Assembly: GCF_037042905.1 (NCBI RefSeq)
Contig: NC_087250.1
Coordinates: 22,260,001-22,324,000 of the forward strand
Length of the DNA stretch: 64,000 bases
Direction: 5' to 3'
From: Lytechinus pictus
Lineage: Eukaryota
The notes below the pieces were generated by a model. The model saw only the letters and a program-made list of their open reading frames with translations. It ran no database searches and was not told the DNA's origin. The position numbers and the translations under genes were made by a program. Below are positions 62,822 to 64,000 of this stretch, piece after piece (position 1 is the first letter of the stretch; the number at the start of each line of letters is the position of its first letter).

Positions 62822-64000
62822 CAATTTGTTTGGCAAGCTGTAGACTAAATTTGTCAACAATTCTTTTCCTCGAAATTTGGTATTGAGGTTTATGTTAGTA
62901 AAACATCGAAACCTAGAACTGCCCTCGTTCCGATATTTTTTTGGTCAGCTGTTGCACCATCGGCACGAGAGTAAAGTGTCATCTAAACAGCACAGAGAGA
63001 GAGAGAGAGTGTGTGTTTGTGTGTTCGGCTGACCCGGGTCCAAAGGGTTGCCAACATGGCGCATGAGGTTTGTTAGGCAAGTCCCATTCAAAAGACAAAA
63101 CGCACCACTTTAGTAGCCCATTGAAACTGGGTTGGCCGAACTCTCTCGTTTGCCATTTATATACAGGGGGGTGAAACTCCGCTTCTGCATCCGGTTAGAC
63201 ATGGGGAAATTTTGGAAGGTCAAAAGTGCACACTGCTCCCATTTTTCGCGTACAAGCCTATGGACACCCCAATTTCATGGCACACCAGCGAAACGGAGGC
63301 GTGGTCATAATTGGCCTGCGCGCACAGCGTAAAGATATGCAAATAAGTATATTGTTACTAATTAGCATAATGCGCGACGTGATTGATTATGAAATGATTT
63401 CATAGAGTTGCGTCTTTGGTAATTAATAAGGTAGATTATGTCATTCATTCCCCGTTATTCAGTTGTTACTTCATCTTTCCTTGTTTACATATTTTCCTGT
63501 CGCGATTATTACTACATCAATTAATAAAATTATTTATTTGCTATAGCTATTTCCCTTGAAGAAATGTGGAAGCTTACAAGGAATTCATTAATAGGATTGA
63601 ACTTAGGGATCTGCTTGCTCGATCTATTCATACAGTCATCACTGCATTTTATTTTCATTACACATCATTAATAGCCATAATTGTTTATATGTTTGGTTTT
63701 TTTTTTAGGGGGGTAAATACTTAAAATGATCAGAGAAATCTTAGCAAGAGAGCAAAGCAATTTAGAAGGCCATTTTGTCTTTATTTTGAAATTGAAATGA
63801 ACAATCTGGTGCAAATCTTATAAAGATAAAAAAAAAAACAATTTCTGAGTTTGGGATGGGAGCAAAATTAAGACAGCCCAGTACCCCCCCCCCCCCTCCT
63901 CCCCCCGCATGAATTCACTCTCATCAAGGCTATCTTAAAAAGGTCACTTCCAAACAAGATAAAATTTTATTTGAACCTGCCCACCCCAAAATCTATCCAT

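Overview
This is AT-rich, intron-rich animal genomic DNA. The repeat landscape (tRNA-derived SINEs, Harbinger/Kolobok/Transib-type non-autonomous elements) suggests an invertebrate deuterostome such as a sea urchin; that is inference. Three spliced protein-coding genes were reconstructed by hand from GT-AG sites and phase compatibility. (1) A minus-strand ankyrin-repeat gene with 19 exons (47638 down to 948, at least 879 codons, about 23 ANK repeats) that runs off the left edge. (2) A plus-strand gene with a signal peptide and MAM domain, starting at 48945 head-to-head with it and incomplete at the right. (3) The last two exons of a minus-strand gene (62358-60276) resembling the C-terminus of bacterial solute-binding family-3 proteins, apparently nested antisense in a MAM-gene intron. 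A tRNA-Gln(TTG) gene lies between the divergent genes. The introns contain a decayed Ty3/Gypsy element with very short LTRs and a tRNA-Ser(GCT) PBS, an RTE LINE fragment, SINEs and many nested or stacked DNA-transposon derivatives. The most striking element is a complete 1.2-kb Transib-like insertion (8770-9966) with CACAGTG heptamer ends, RSS-like spacing to A-tract motifs and a CGACG target duplication. Most ORFs in the supplied track are artefacts of simple repeats.
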